A stretch of DNA of 64,000 bases from Yuukianura sp. NJ FZ-2021 (Eukaryota): positions 2,418,001-2,482,000 of the forward strand of contig CM102285.1 in NCBI GenBank assembly GCA_046563655.1, written 5' to 3'. The notes beneath the pieces are model-generated. The model saw only the letters and a program-made list of their open reading frames with translations, was not told the origin of the DNA and made no database searches. Shown here piece by piece: positions 46,601-60,612 of the stretch. Within the stretch, counting starts at the first letter, position 1. The number at the start of each line of letters is the position of its first letter. The translations under genes were made by a program, and so were the position numbers.

Positions 46601-49600
46601 CCCCATGCCCAGAAATGTTATGTTTCATCTTCCCCGTGAAGAATCTCTATTAAAATGCCTCTGTGGAGGAGGCGGAGGCGAAGATGAGCTCCGAAGTGGA
46701 GCAACAACTCATTACCACCAAACAATCATCGAGTCTGTAACGTTATGGAGATTTCAAATCTCCCTCCAAGACAATTCTCAGTCTATTCTGAGACTCAAAA
46801 AAACAGTATGCGATTCAAATCTCACCATCAGCGCATGTCTAATCATGTACTTAAGTGCTCAAAGCAAATGAGAGGCTGGAGGTGGTAAGTAACTAGCATT
46901 ATAAAGATGCGGAAATGTTGCTTAATTACAAAGATTTTGATAAGTAGGAGCGAAATGGTTGTTGAGAACTTTAAGTAAGAAGGATTCATAAGAGAGATTT
47001 CAATAGAAACAAATAAATTTCAGCCGGATTTCAATTGGGGGAGGAGATTTTTGAATAATGATGAACGACTTGTTACCAAGAGAGGCTCGCCCTTAAGTAG
47101 ATTTCCAATTTGCAAAAAAATTTGCAATTGAAAAAAAAAGTAAGGCGGGGTAATGGCCCACAAATTCTGGAACCTCCAAGGAAAACGAATTCATAAAATT
47201 TTTGAAAGCGAAATTCCTAGGTTGATTTCCGCTTAACTGAAATTCCAAAACGTATTTGGCGTAATTCTGAAATTTTTCTCCAAAATTTGGCACCAGAACC
47301 CCTCGAATTGTTATTTTTTTTTGAAAAAACCGGGTCATTTGATCATTGTACGTTTTTTAAAGCAAAAACACAAAAAGTACAAAAACAAAACTTCGAAATT
47401 TTTACTCACAAAAATGCAGTTTGTTGCATTTAAAGTTTTTGGAACCAAAATTTAAACTGAATTAACTCGAAAAAAAATTGGCAGAAGTAGAAATTTGTTT
47501 TTGCAAATTTTGTGACCATTTGGAATGCAAACGACTTGAATTTTTGTATTTTTTTGGATGAGCAAATTCTTTCAACACAAAAACTTAATGTTTACTGTGT
47601 TCTGTTTGTTGTAAAAAAGTTGTTTTGTTTGTAAAAATTCTTGTTCGAAAAATTTCAAACAAAAAAAGTTTAAACTATTTTCGAAGGACTTTTATTTTTA
47701 AACGCCCCCGCCACCTTGTACATCCAAACATCCCGTAAAAAATTTGCAAGGTCTTGTCATCTTCCATAAATTTTCAACTTGGCAAAAAGTTTTTGTCAAC
47801 ACCAAATTCAGCTTACGGACAAACACAATTCTTAAAAAGGAAGAAAAAAAATTTCCGCCACCCTCAACAAATTTTGAATTGTTCACTGCAGGGATTAAGT
47901 TTGACCTAGTGCTATAGGGTTCGTTTTCATTTTTGGAAAAACCGCGTTACCAAAAATGGACATAGCCTCATTAGCATCTCGTTTTCGAAAATCTGGACCA
48001 GTACAAAAAGCCTTGGAGGGAAACACGATTTGTGTAAAAATTTACTACTATGGTGTAGAAAAACTAAATTTATGGCAACTGAAAATGACACTGTCTTTCC
48101 GCCTTGTTTGTGCAACATAATTTTTCTGTCATGTTTTGATTTTTTGAATTATTGCGCATGCCCTGTTGCATTTCTGGACAAATACCAAAGCTTTCCTTTG
48201 CCTCTGATTGGCATCCCCTCCAGTGTTGCAGAGTTCTACTTGGGATTAATTGGTCCCGTATGTTTGGGCATCTGTAAACTGTAATATGCCTGATGGCGGA
48301 TGAGTTTAAATTAAGCGTTTATGTCAATGAGTGCTTTTAAGTAGTAGGCGCGGGATTCAAATGACTTTGGGAGGCGGATGTAGGCGGAAGGTGTAGGAGT
48401 GTGTGAGAGATGAGTTCAGAACGAATTTGCCAATTTTAATTTTGCACATGCAGATTCCGAGTTACTAAAACACTACTTTGCGGTTTGCAAAAACAACAGG
48501 CGTGCTATATTAGAAATAGCGTAAAGAAGAGTTCTAGCAATGAAAACAAAAAACAATCATGCTTTGAGCACATCTCTGTTGTATTTCTTCAAAAAAAGTA
48601 AAGCTTCAACTAACAAATTTTGCTTCAGTTCCAAAAAGAAGTGTCAAAATTTCCATCAAAAGCCACAAGTTTTGTTTTGGAATAATATAAAAAGTCAGAC
48701 TTCATTATGAAAATACAGAGCGTTAACTTCCAAAATTTTAATAAAACTTGAAAATTTAAGAAACTGTAAAATTTTACAACAAAACTTTTCGATTTTGGTC
48801 TACAATTCAAAAACAAAATTTATTGATAAAACTTGCTGCAAATTTAAAGAAAAATCAATTTCTTACCTTTAAGTTGAGCAAAAATTTCAGAAAATGATAA
48901 TTTGTGGGCGGAGTGTTTAGGTTTCTATCACGCGTTTATTGCGTCAAATGTGACAGGTTTGTTTTTTAATTGATATTAACTATGAGGTTTGTTTAGGCAC
49001 TTTGAAAAACGAAGTTAATTTTTTATAATAAAATTTAAGTTTTACGTAATTTATTTGAGTTATTGCTTGAAGTTGAGGCACTGATTTCGTTGCTGCAAAA
49101 TTTGTAAAACTTAAAGAGTGAAAAGTCGTGAAAGTGAAGTTTTTGGCACAATAAGGAGCTGTTCTGTGTTTGGTAACTTTTACTTTCGGACACTTCCAAC
49201 TGAATGTGTAGTGTGGAGCGTGGAGGCTCATGAAAGTCAGGTTGCTGTGCTTAAGGATCTTAAGCTGGCCACCCTCAACACCGCCTTCACTTTGTCTACT
49301 ATGAAGTGAATGGGATTTGAAATAGCCTAGGATCTCCCTCCATCTTCATCCTAAACACATCTTCAGTCTCTCAGCATCCGTCCCATGGAAAGAACCGTGG
49401 GATTTTTTCACTCTGATCTTTCATTAACAAGCATACACCCTCCGCTTCCATTCAATGTAATTTCTTACACGCAAAAAAATTTGCAGGTTAACGAAGATTT
49501 TTTTGTACATGCAAAAAAAAATCATATTTTTTTGTTGATGTTTGAACTCGCTGCTTCCAAAAATTAATCTTTTAATTTTTTTTGTATGCCACCGCTTTTA

Positions 49601-50010
49601 AACTTATTTTTTGATTTCAGCTACTTCTTTCTAGCAAATGTGATCGAAATGCTTCTCACCAAAAAGAGAAGAATAAATTTGCAAACCAATACGTAAATGC
49701 TCTGACAAGATTCAAAAATTATTTCAAACTAAAAAATACTTTTGAAAGAATATATAGTTGTAACATCAATGCGATACTGATAGGTACTATATTTAAAAAG
49801 TCAAATTTATGTAACTGAACTTTTTTTTAATAACAAAATCCAACAAAAAATTAACTTGTTTGAATCCAATGCATTGCATGGCGGAAAAATCGAACTCCAA
49901 AATAACAAAAAAGAAAGATTTGAAGAAAAGTTAACGGCGTTTTTTTTTCAAATTGAAAAAAGGCGCGCGCGGGATTTTTTGAAGGTGGCGGAGGTGAAGA
50001 ATCTGTGGGA

Positions 50011-53000
50011 TTCCCACGGTGCTTGTACGGTCTACGATCCTTCCTTTTACATTTCAAAATTAAATAAAATTGAAGTGGTTACTTTTGAAATTGTAATTGC
50101 AATTCCTACCCTCTCTCTGCGCATGCTACGCGCCGAGAATTGTGATTTGTATCAGAGGGGGTGTCATCTTGGCTTCTATTCGAAATTTTGAAATGACCCG
50201 CCCTCCTTTTCTCAAAAACCTGGTTCTCCTGCCCCATTATTAAGCTGACTCCGAGTTCTTATTGTTTTGAAAAGGCCGTTCACACAGGTTAAGAATGGAA
50301 CAAGAAACTCAACTTACAAAAGGAAAGTAGTGTAGAGCATGAAGGGATTTTTTGAAAAAGAAAGGACGCGTGGGAATCGCTTGGATTTTTTGCTCCTTCT
50401 GCGAATAAGGCTCCCCCAAATAAGGCTCCCAGAAATCAGGATTTTGAATTATAAAGGATTCTTTCTGATCTGCAGGAATTCGGAAGCGGAGAAAATACAA
50501 AGGACGAGGGGAGCCCTTAAGTTCCTTCCTTCCGATTTGTGATCCACTCCATGTCACCTTGAATCGTGGGAACGCAAGGGACCTTAAGAGTGAAGTCATT
50601 TCCATTTGGAACAAAAGGGCCCCCACTACATCATCATTTTAGGCAGGTTCAGCTTCCACCTTCAATAGATTTCAAAAATCTTCCCAAAAATCTCTTCTAA
50701 ACTTTCAAAATTTCATCCCACGATTTTCAAAAGATCGTTTCAACATTAGCCGGAAAACTTTGAGACATAAAACAGATCACGACGAATACATCTTTCGCTA
50801 AAAGTTTAAACAAACGTTCTAAATCAAAAGTACTCAATAAAAAGTTCTAAAGAAGATGTGCCGCGTAACATCATGTTTTGAAAAACAACTGTAAACTATG
50901 CATTTCGCTTATTTTATTAAAAAAAATTGCAGATTTTTCAATGAAAATGCTTTTCTAGTCGACTTAAAGCTCAGCATTCTGAAAAAAATTTTGTATGAAA
51001 AACGATTCTTTGTTTTGGATTTGGCCTAAAGCCTCTTTCACACCGGATACGACGTAACAACTGCCGACGGCAGTTGTGACGGCGTATCCATTCACACCAA
51101 ACCAACTCACCGCCGGTGAGTTGGACGACGGAAGAGAAAGTTGACGGCGGAAGACGGGTGAGGTGTTCACATTGCCTCACGGCTGCCGCCGTCACATTTT
51201 ACGCCGTCAACTCTTCCTACAGGAGGAGATGGGACCCCCAAAAGTTGAAAAGTTTCAACTTTTGGACCAACTCCGGACGGAAAGTTCCCATCTCATCCCA
51301 GCTGATCATCCTTCCCTCCTTCTTTCTACGTAATCAGCAGTACCGAAGTAGGAAAAACAAAAGTATAACATTGTTTAAGTGTTAATTAATAGCTAATTAT
51401 GCTAATTAGCTATTAATTTGTGTTAATACATCACCCTATAGGGAAATACGTTGGCTACTCCTCCCAAATCATGGTAATAGAGCAATTACACATCAATAAT
51501 TGTAATCATTTGGTTGTTTTCAATTCATTTACTTCATTTGTCTTCCCATATGAAACTGAAAGGCGCCTTTCAAGAATTGTGACCAGATGAAGCTGTATCA
51601 CACCGAGACCGGCGTAAAACTTTCCGTAGAAAAAATTTACGGCGTAAAATAAGCCGGTGGTGCAGTGTGAAACCCTTCAACAACTATCTACGGCAGTTTG
51701 TTACGCCGGCACAACTGCCGTAGACAGTTGTTGCGGCGTATCCAGTCTGAAAGAGGCTTAAAAGTTTGACAAAAATTTTTTCTAGATAATTTTACAAAAA
51801 GACTTGATTGAGCTGTGTTTTGCTTACCGTGGTGAAAGTTGTGGTTTTTGTGGAAATTTTTTTTGGTGACACCAGAAATGCATAAATTTTTGCACACTAA
51901 TTTTCTTTTGCCAAACTTCAACTCGTGAGGCCACAGGAGATTAGTTGTAGCTGTCTTTCTTTAACGTGTCAGTTTAGACAGGTACTGGAAATGGAAAAGA
52001 CATATACGCCAACACACCCCGCCACACTTGTCCTTATGACTTTTCTTAAAGTCACGGAGCAAATCCAAAATTGAGTTTGTCGGCAACTTTTTTTTAAATT
52101 GGTGCAAATTTTTTGCTCTTTAGAAAAGCAAACGATTGTTTTTAAATGACGAGCAATTTTGGGTCCTTAGTTTTCTCTTTTTTAAAATCTGAAGATTAAG
52201 TCGACAGTTTTATTCTCCGTTGAAAATTTATTTTCAGGGAAATTATTCTACAAAAAGAAAAAACTCAACGACTTCTATTCATCCATACTAACATTTTTTT
52301 TTGAAAAATAAACAAAAAAATTTAAATGAGTTTTCTTAACTTCTAAGGAATATCATCTACCCACTACTGATCAGCACTCCTCCATTTCAAATATAACATT
52401 TTCATAATTCCCACGTTTCGGTACATAAATTTCCAATGTTGCCAAGTGAAAACTGTACGTTTACGCAACTTTTTTCTTTAGAATCATCCAATATTTTGTG
52501 TTTTTGATGATCTTCATCCACCCACTCAATTCAATTTGAAAATTTTCAATCTGATTTTATCTTCCAAACTCCATAAATCATGTCGTTTGGTAGGAAACAT
52601 TTTAGCGCTTGAGTTGGAGGAGGATTTATGGCTTGCCGAAAAGAATCGATGACCAATTAATAACTTCACGCGCGCGAAATTTCACGTACGCGGAAACTTG
52701 TACTTTGAACGCAAAATAGTGACGATGCGCATTAGGAAGATAGATTTGCAATGTCCATTTTTGGACTTGAGTGACACGGATGACCATGGACATGGTCGCG
52801 GAAGACAAAAAAAAAGTGACGGGAGATCAATTGCGGTAATTTTTAAATCTTTGAAGATCGCGGGAGCAGCAGGAGCTTCATGATCTTTTGCCAATTTGGA
52901 AGTTTTGTGAATGATGACGACAAAAGACATTCGTCAACATTCCTACGGCGTGAAGTTGTTACTCCCACACGCGCCCGCGCCTGTCTTAATTTGCAAGGGT

Positions 53001-55690
53001 TTTGTTCTTTTCGCCGCGGTTTCTTTGGCTCTCACTCTTAAAAACTTATTTGGCTCTGGAAACAAAAGAGATTCAAAAAGATTTCACGCTTGGGAAGCTC
53101 ACTGTAGCCTTCAATTTAAAATAAAAAGGTGAACAGAACAAGCGTTGAAAAAATGTTTCAAACCGATCTACCCCCGCTGTAGTTAATTTGTGCTCGTGCA
53201 AAAAAAATTGCACGAAAAAATGTTTGCAATTTATTTTCGTTATCTGAAGTTCATTTTTTTCTCACAGTAGAAAATAGAATATAATTAAATGAGGAGCATG
53301 TCATGTTAGGGCACACAAGGGAGTGAACACAGAACAGAGATGAATTGCATCTTAAAGGAAAAAGATGCCGCGCCGCCTCTACAGTTTTCACTGCTGCTAT
53401 TTAAAAAAATTGTCTCCAATTTTTTTTTCTAAAAAACTAATTTTCAAATTCCAAATTCCAAGAAGCGTAGCGGGTGCACAGAGGGAAATGTCTTTTGTTC
53501 TTCATCTTCCGCGTCGTCTTTTCCGCCTCCACATAACAGTTGAACCTAATGACTTGAAATCAAAATTTTCAAGCTCCAGAAAACACTTCTGCGAATTTTT
53601 TTTGAACCAGAACATACCTACGCATGTTCATTTTTCAAAAACTCATGTAGTACCTAACGTTTTTGCATTCTGATGAGGTTGGGCACTGTGTTTTTCAATT
53701 TTTAAAGTTAGTTTTACATTTTTTTTATGCAAATTTTGTTAATTTAAAATTTCTACAAAGTTGGATTGCAAGCTGTATTTGTCGTTTTTTTTTCAAAATG
53801 CGTTTTCTAGCTTATGTTTGAACCTTTATGTTTCTTATGCTGTTGCCTGTTGAAAACGTTACATCACATTTTTATGAAGAAAAGCAATGTTTTTGACCAA
53901 TAATTTTTACTCAGTTTTTAGTTTGTTGATAAGTGTAATTTTCACTTTAGTTTTTAGTAGATTTTCATATGGAATTATGAAAAAATGTTTGAGATAATTT
54001 TAGCGTCGAGATTTGTTCAAATGATGGAAGACATCATTTAAACAGAGTTTCATCTTGAGCAGACGTTGTACAGCAGCAGAACATGAGCAAACAATAGATT
54101 TCGGGATCCTGCCAAACTATGTGTTCACTTTTTCTTCTTCTTGTTCTTGACTTCACTTCAAGTGTAGATGGATGAGTTATTTTTACATTAACTCCTACGA
54201 CTTGTCTCATTAAGCAAAATAGTTTTGAGAAGAAGCTACTCCGCTTGTCTCCATTTTTGAAATTTTAGAACAAAAAAAATCGTCTACAGCTTCTCATGTT
54301 AAAAAAAAATAAAAATCAACTTATAGCTCATTGTAAAACTCTTTTCGAAATGAAAAAAATTTAAAAGTTTAAAAGTAAAGAAAAACCAAATTTTAAAATC
54401 CCTTTTTTGTCAATTTTTTTTCAAATCAGCTCATCGCCTCTTCCACTACTTTTTTTAAGTTTTCAGTTGTCAGGAAACTCTACAGTATCACATCTTTCAT
54501 CCATTTTGAAATGACAGCTTCCTGCTGCTCCTGCTGAAGTTGCCTGTCCATTAGAGCTCTAATGAACCAACAGACTGCTTTACTGTCACTTCCCAATTAA
54601 CGCCAAAACAATTCCATTATTCCTGTGCCATTGTGTAATGAACTCTGCAAGGTCAACTTAGTCCAAAACTATGCAGAAAAGTGTACAAAAATGCGTGGAA
54701 AGGACAAAAGAGAAAGTCAAAACAAGGATGTCGTGAAACATGTTCCTCCTCTGCTTTCACCAACTGTTGAATTTGACATTTTCTCGATTAACTAGTATGG
54801 ACAACTCACGCTACCTCAATGTGACACAGGTGAAAGCACGAACCCCTCAAACTTTTCTTTTGGGTTCTTAAAGCAACTTAAAACATTAAATTGGAAAATT
54901 ACTAAAAAGTGTCAAGTTAAGCGAGACTTTCATCAGTAGTGTAAAATGAAAGCAAATAATTGAGATATTCAAAAAAAAAAGTGAAAGTTGCACAACAAAA
55001 TCAAATTGAGAGGAGATGGTGAAAGTAAGTTGCACATTTTTTTTTATACAAAGTGAAAGTATAAAGTTAATCATTTTTATATAACTAGTACAATGGTGAA
55101 ACGAACGACACAAATTTTGTGTAGTGTAGTAAGGTATGCTGTGCAAACATGCATGTGTCATACGCGGTAAGAAACTGATGTACAATACAAGCATGTTTGA
55201 CAATGGCTTTTGTGTAAAACAGAAGTATAAGAAGAGTTTAAAATTTTGCTACAAGACTCGAATATTGGCGAGTGGTATAAACCCAATACGTCCACGTTAT
55301 GCAACGAAATGGATTAACAAAATTCTCCAATTTTGTAACAAAGCAAGATAAAGTTTTGATCAATTTCTAAATACTTGCTAGAAACAAAGGAACAAAGGGT
55401 TTGAACAAAGTGTAAAACATGTTGTTAGTATGTATTTAAATTTCTCTCCAACCGAAAATTTAGGAAAATTATAGCGAAAATTTCCTTGACTCCTGTCTTT
55501 TGAAAGAAAAGGCTATGAAACGACAAGTATAGCTTCTTCCTCATTCAATTGATGGTTTCTGAAGTGCTAAACGCTCTATTGAGTAATCGAACGTATTTGA
55601 AAAGGAACTGGTTACAATGGACAGGAGACGGAAGAATGAACAGCTTTCACCACTTTTCTTTCAATCCGAAATCCAAATCACCTTCCCACG
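50011..55690. promoter_or_regulatory. Cluster of high-affinity Su(H)/CSL sites (CGTGGGAA) upstream of klu
   Basis: Exact 8-mers at 50011-50018 (-), 50369-50376 (+), 50565-50572 (+), 52408-52415 (-) and 55683-55690 (-). Confidence 0.55.
51030..51758. mobile_element. PIF/Harbinger-like non-autonomous element
   Basis: TAA|AGCCTCTTTCACACCGGATACGACGTAACAACTGCCGACGGCAGTTGTG ... CACAACTGCCGTAGACAGTTGTTGCGGCGTATCCAGTCTGAAAGAGGCT|TAA: ~60-bp imperfect TIRs with a 3-bp TAA TSD. Confidence 0.75.
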
Positions 55691-56344
55691 AACCCATCGA
55701 CCTCCTCAAGGTCACCTGCGAATGTCAGCCGTAGTCAATACCGTTATTTATTGGTTCCTCCCGTTCATCCATTATGGACAATACATAATTAACGGAGGTT
55801 TCTTTACACAAGAGAGCTGTTTGAGTTTGAACATTTGACAAGGGAAAGGAAACCTACAGAGAGAATGGGCTGTGATAAATAATTGGATTTTTGTTAACGA
55901 AATTTGCCATAACCTACAATCAACTCAGTTTTGAATTTTTTAGTATATGAGTGAATAACCCGCCTTTTTAAAATCATTGCCTTCGACAACCTTGGTTGCC
56001 CTCTTTCCGTACATCCTTCTCTTTTCCTGTCTAATGGAAATCCGAAACCGATGAACTTAAGTAAACTTAATCTGTAAAGCAATTAACAGTAACTGCTCTA
56101 TTTAAATCTAAATCTGAGACGAGTGAACTAAATTAAGTAAAAATTAAATAAATAATTAATAGTAATACTTTTGCTTCCGGTTAGCTGTGAAGCAGTGATG
56201 ATGATGACTTGTGATGTTAAGCTTCGGTTCAAAACCGGATATTAACCAAAACCCATTTTTGTGACTTACAATTTCTTTAACACAGGGAATAGCATCTTTT
56301 TAGGAGTTTTGAGTTGGCCGTAAGCGGTAGTGTGGTGAGTAGTT

Positions 56345-59165
56345 TCATAAAAATGTAGGAGGTCCATAAGTTCCACTGTGTCGTATCATCGTCGGACTAT
56401 AATTCCTACGCAAATAAAAAAAAAAACTGGTTATATTTTCCAAAAACAAACAACGGTTTCAAAATTTTGAAAATTAGTTTACCTTCCTGCTCGACCCCTC
56501 TCACCATCACCCAAATCCAATCCAACTATGCCTAACTGTAGGCCGTCAACTTCGTCCTCCAACTGTGGACCAATTCTGTCTTCTGCTCCAATGGCCACAT
56601 CCGGCATCCTCTCGGATAAACTAGTCGGACTCTCTCTTTGCTCCGTAGATGCTGCTGCTATTGATTGGCGGTTGGAATTTAATATCACCGGAGGCGGCGG
56701 TGGGTGACGATCGAGGTACTTTGAAAAAAGTAAACATAAAAGTTATCAATCGCGGCACTTCACATCAAACAATTTCAACGGAGCTTGAGACTGGAAAAAC
56801 TTACTTGAGCTACTGAGTCTGGCATTCCAAATTCGCGGACAACTCGAAGTCGAATGTAGGTGATCACTTGATGATTGAGGAGCCGACTGTGCTGTGACCT
56901 CAACTTCTTCTCCCGATGAACCATCGCAGAAAACAAGTCCGGGTCGATTGCTGCTGAAAAATAGTTATTGAGTGCTTTCTTGACCTCTGAAGTTTCAAAT
57001 TCTGAATTTAAAACCAAAGAAGCAAAAGTAATGAATTGCAATACTTACCCGCATCACTTCCATCGAAGATTTCCCTTGGTTTCCCGTGACTCCCACCGGC
57101 AGTCATGTAGAGAGTATCCGGCATTCCGACGAGACTCTTTAATCGACTCAAGCAAACGGCACCGTCAGCCCCCATCAGCGCCTTTGTCTCTTCATAGAAT
57201 ACAGTGTAAAGTCTTGGCCTCAACGTTGTCATGGTTCTGCCCCACGGATTCTCCTCACTGAGCATGTGTGACGGTGGCAATGATAGCTGTAAACACAATT
57301 AACAATTTAAGAAACAATTACAAAATTGCAAAAAGTTGAACTGCTGGACGAAACTTACCATTCCTCGTCTTACACAGCTCAGCAACAAGTCATTGTTAAT
57401 TACATACTCAGTTCTGATGAGTTTCATTAGTGGATGCAGTAGTTCTGCTAAATGACGAGAACGCTGATCACGAGGCGTCGAAGATGACAATAAATTTGGT
57501 TCTACAAAACGAAATTAATTTAAAAACGTCAACTAACTAATCTCTCTTCAAGTCTGGTTAACTTGAATACCTCTTGCATCAGCGCGCTTAAATTGCTCTT
57601 CTCCCCAACGTACAACTGATTGAAGAATGTCTGACTCCGACGCCTGAAATACAATGAAGAAGTGGCTTGAGTAAATATAATATTTTGAAATCCAATTTAT
57701 GAAGCTAGAGAGCAAAGGATTTGACTTTACCTGTACGAAATCCGATGAAATTAGTTCACAGAAAGTGTGCCGATCTATGTCGAAGAATGACGAACTTGCA
57801 CTAAACCTTAAAAAGTCCTCTCGCAGATACACTATACAATTTCTGTAAACATATTTGGATCCGTGTGATTCCTTGGCCCATTTGATGAGGCTGATAATAT
57901 TATCAAGTGAGATCGAGTCTACTAGCAAATCTTCGCATTTGTGTGAAAGTGAGTCCAACTCCAGGAAACGTGCTGCAAGTTATGAAACAAAAGTGAACTT
58001 TAAAAACAATGTCAAGTTGGGCTGATTGATTAGTATGTTTACCAATTTGATACAACTCAAATCCCTCGTCGATTCCAACTTCAAAACTTCCATTCTGTGT
58101 CAAGGATTCTGCCTGGTTTAGCCCCGTTTTCCCACCGATCAACGAGAAATCCAGACGATCAGTGTAGATGTAATGAAGCAGAGCCCTAGCGTACCTTCTG
58201 GGTATAACAGCTGTATCGAGTTGCAGAACCGGTGTGGTAAGACGAGCGAGCATGTTCCTAAAAATTCAATTAATCAAATAAATCGTTAAACGTAAATGTT
58301 TAATGCAGATTTGAATTTGAGGGATGCTTGCTTACCTAAATATGGGTGACCTTGCAGATAAAACTGCCTTGTGGACTGGTACAGTTAGTTCTCCAAAGTC
58401 ATCATCCCATACCAAATTCAAATCACTGTACTTTCCTGTGCTGAGGAGACAACTGAGATCGTGGTCCAGTCGGACTTCGCTATAACTGTGACGGTCTTCA
58501 TTCTCGCCAGTGTACAAATATCGGAGCATACGACTCAACCGGGGAATATCAATGTTCAAGTCCACCTGGACATTGGTTGCATGAGTTTGGAGTAATTGTC
58601 GAAAATATTTAGAGCGCGACATTAGGATACAACGGTGAGCAGGAAAACTGGCAGGGGGAAGCAGTAGGTTGACATCGGAGTTGTACTTGAAGTCTAAGAG
58701 GTCAGCTAAGTCTGACTGCAGCGTCGGTGGTGTTGGTCTTGCAGATTCAGCTGTTGTATAGAGATCCTTCTCGTAGGTTAATGTCGAATATGTAGATGCT
58801 GGAAAAGAGAAATCACATTTCAGTTGAAGATGAAGACTCTTTAAATCTTTTATTGCCAAATACGCCGTTTTACTCATACCTAGTTGCATAACGTCAGTCA
58901 GTGGCCATGCTGTCATGAGATCACGTAGGGGTTTTCCTGGATCCAGGGCTGAGTTCCTCCTCCGCCACCATCTTCGCTTCCTAGTATCGAAACCAACATA
59001 AAATCAATTAGAAGTCTGCATAAATCCTGCTCTAACGAACCTCACAGCTCATGTTTTAGTAGTGCTTTCACTGATTAATCTAATTATTACTCAGATTTAC
59101 CTGGCATAGCTTCCTGAAGTGTCATCAACCCCTCTGTTGGCACTTTCACTAAGATTGGCTCCCAT
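56345..59165 (-). CDS. BTBD7: BTB/POZ domain-containing protein 7 orthologue, multi-exon
   Basis: Starts MGANLS. Contains ARPTPPTLQSDLADLLDFKYNSDVNL..FPAHRCILMSRS, VHKAVLSARSPIFR, VIPRRYARALLHYIYTD, a BACK region SSDFVQASESDILQSVVRWGE and YIRLRVVREFGMPD. Stop at 56345-56347. Confidence 0.9.
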
Positions 59166-59345
59166 AGTCCTGTGACCTCTCGAGAAAGTTTTGAGCCAGA
59201 AGGTTAAGAATTAATCAGCTACATGACACGCCCACTGCTTCCCAAAAACACACATCTTGGGCACAATTCACTGGCATTCAAGTAACTATAAATAAACATG
59301 AAACAGCTGTCTGCAGTTCCTTTGGTGTAAGATTGAGGACAGAAT

Positions 59346-59734
59346 GGTTGGATACTAGGAAAGGGTGCGCAAAGATGAAAATTTTCTAAGTCCCAAAAAT
59401 TTGACCCGGAGTCCCCTGACAACCTCAAAAATGACCTCTACAAAAGTTGTCAAGGGTCACGAGGGGAACATTTTTTGTCCTCTGACATATGACCCTGTGA
59501 CCTTCCGTTGAGGTCGTAGGTCAATTTGAAGGTTTAACCTAACCTAGCTTTCAAATTGACCTATGACCTCAACGGAAGGTCATAGGGTCATATGTCAAAG
59601 GACAAAAAATGATCCCCTCATCAAGCCCAACAACTTTTGTAGAGGTCATTTTTGAGGTTGTCAGGGGACTCCGGGTCAAATTTTTGGGACTTAGAAAATT
59701 TTCATGTTTGCGCACCCTTTGCTAGTATCCAACC
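59346..59734. mobile_element. 389-bp almost fully palindromic MITE with an 8-bp TSD (Merlin/hAT-like)
   Basis: GACAGAAT|GGTTGGATACTAG ... CTAGTATCCAACC|GACAGAAT. Arms of ~185 bp surround a central loop containing TAACCTAACCTA. Confidence 0.9.
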
Positions 59735-60612
59735 GACAGAATACAAGGACGATGAAACTGATAGGAACGATTTACCTACTTAAATTACTCAAATGGTACA
59801 CTTACTCAAAAGAAGCAAATTCACAATCAAGTCGGTGACATAATTAATTTTACGCAAGATGTAAACACACACCCGTAAGCACAAAAAACAGGAAACAGGA
59901 CACACACACCAGGAAGGACAGAATACGTAAACGACGGAGAGAGTTCAGTGTGTGTAGTAAAGTAGGCGATGAGATCGAAGAAGGTTGAAGTTGAATCGAA
60001 TCTTGCAAAAGAAGGATATGGGATTTTTTGGGTTATATTCCAATTCTATTGTTTGTTGTGTATGCAGTGAGAGTGAGATGAGTTAAATTGCGCAAGAACC
60101 GTTACCATGGAACCAGGGTTGTAACTAATCCAATGACTAACGGTACTGTAAAAATCGCATTCCTATTTGAAGCATGTCATACGATCCTTTTTTTCCACTC
60201 GAAGTAGCATCACGTTCACGTACGACTTTTGAAGATCTTCAGTTTTGTTTCGCATTTTCAAACATCCAACCACATTTGATATTTTACCATTTCCAGCTTT
60301 TAGGTTTCAAACTCTCCGTTTCTTTAAAATCTTCAAATTCGTTTGACTTCTACTACAATTTTCAAATTGTTCAAAGGTTTCCGCGAAGGCAAAGGAATCC
60401 CACTCGCATTTATTTTATTGCGGTTTAGCGGATTCCGACGATTGGTGTCACCCCTGTCATTGGTTCACATCATCACATCAATGAGTTTTTGTCAGACTCG
60501 ATTGTTTTTGTTTTCAAAATCAAATTATTAATCGAAAGGAGTTTTATTACTATATTGTTATAACGTTAATTACTTGATTTTGATTACTGACATATTTATC
60601 GTAAGGCAAATC

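Noticed and set aside
34600-56300. Dozens of 60-120-aa ORFs
   Set aside because: F/K/L-rich translations typical of AT-rich non-coding DNA, with no domains or coherent exon chains.
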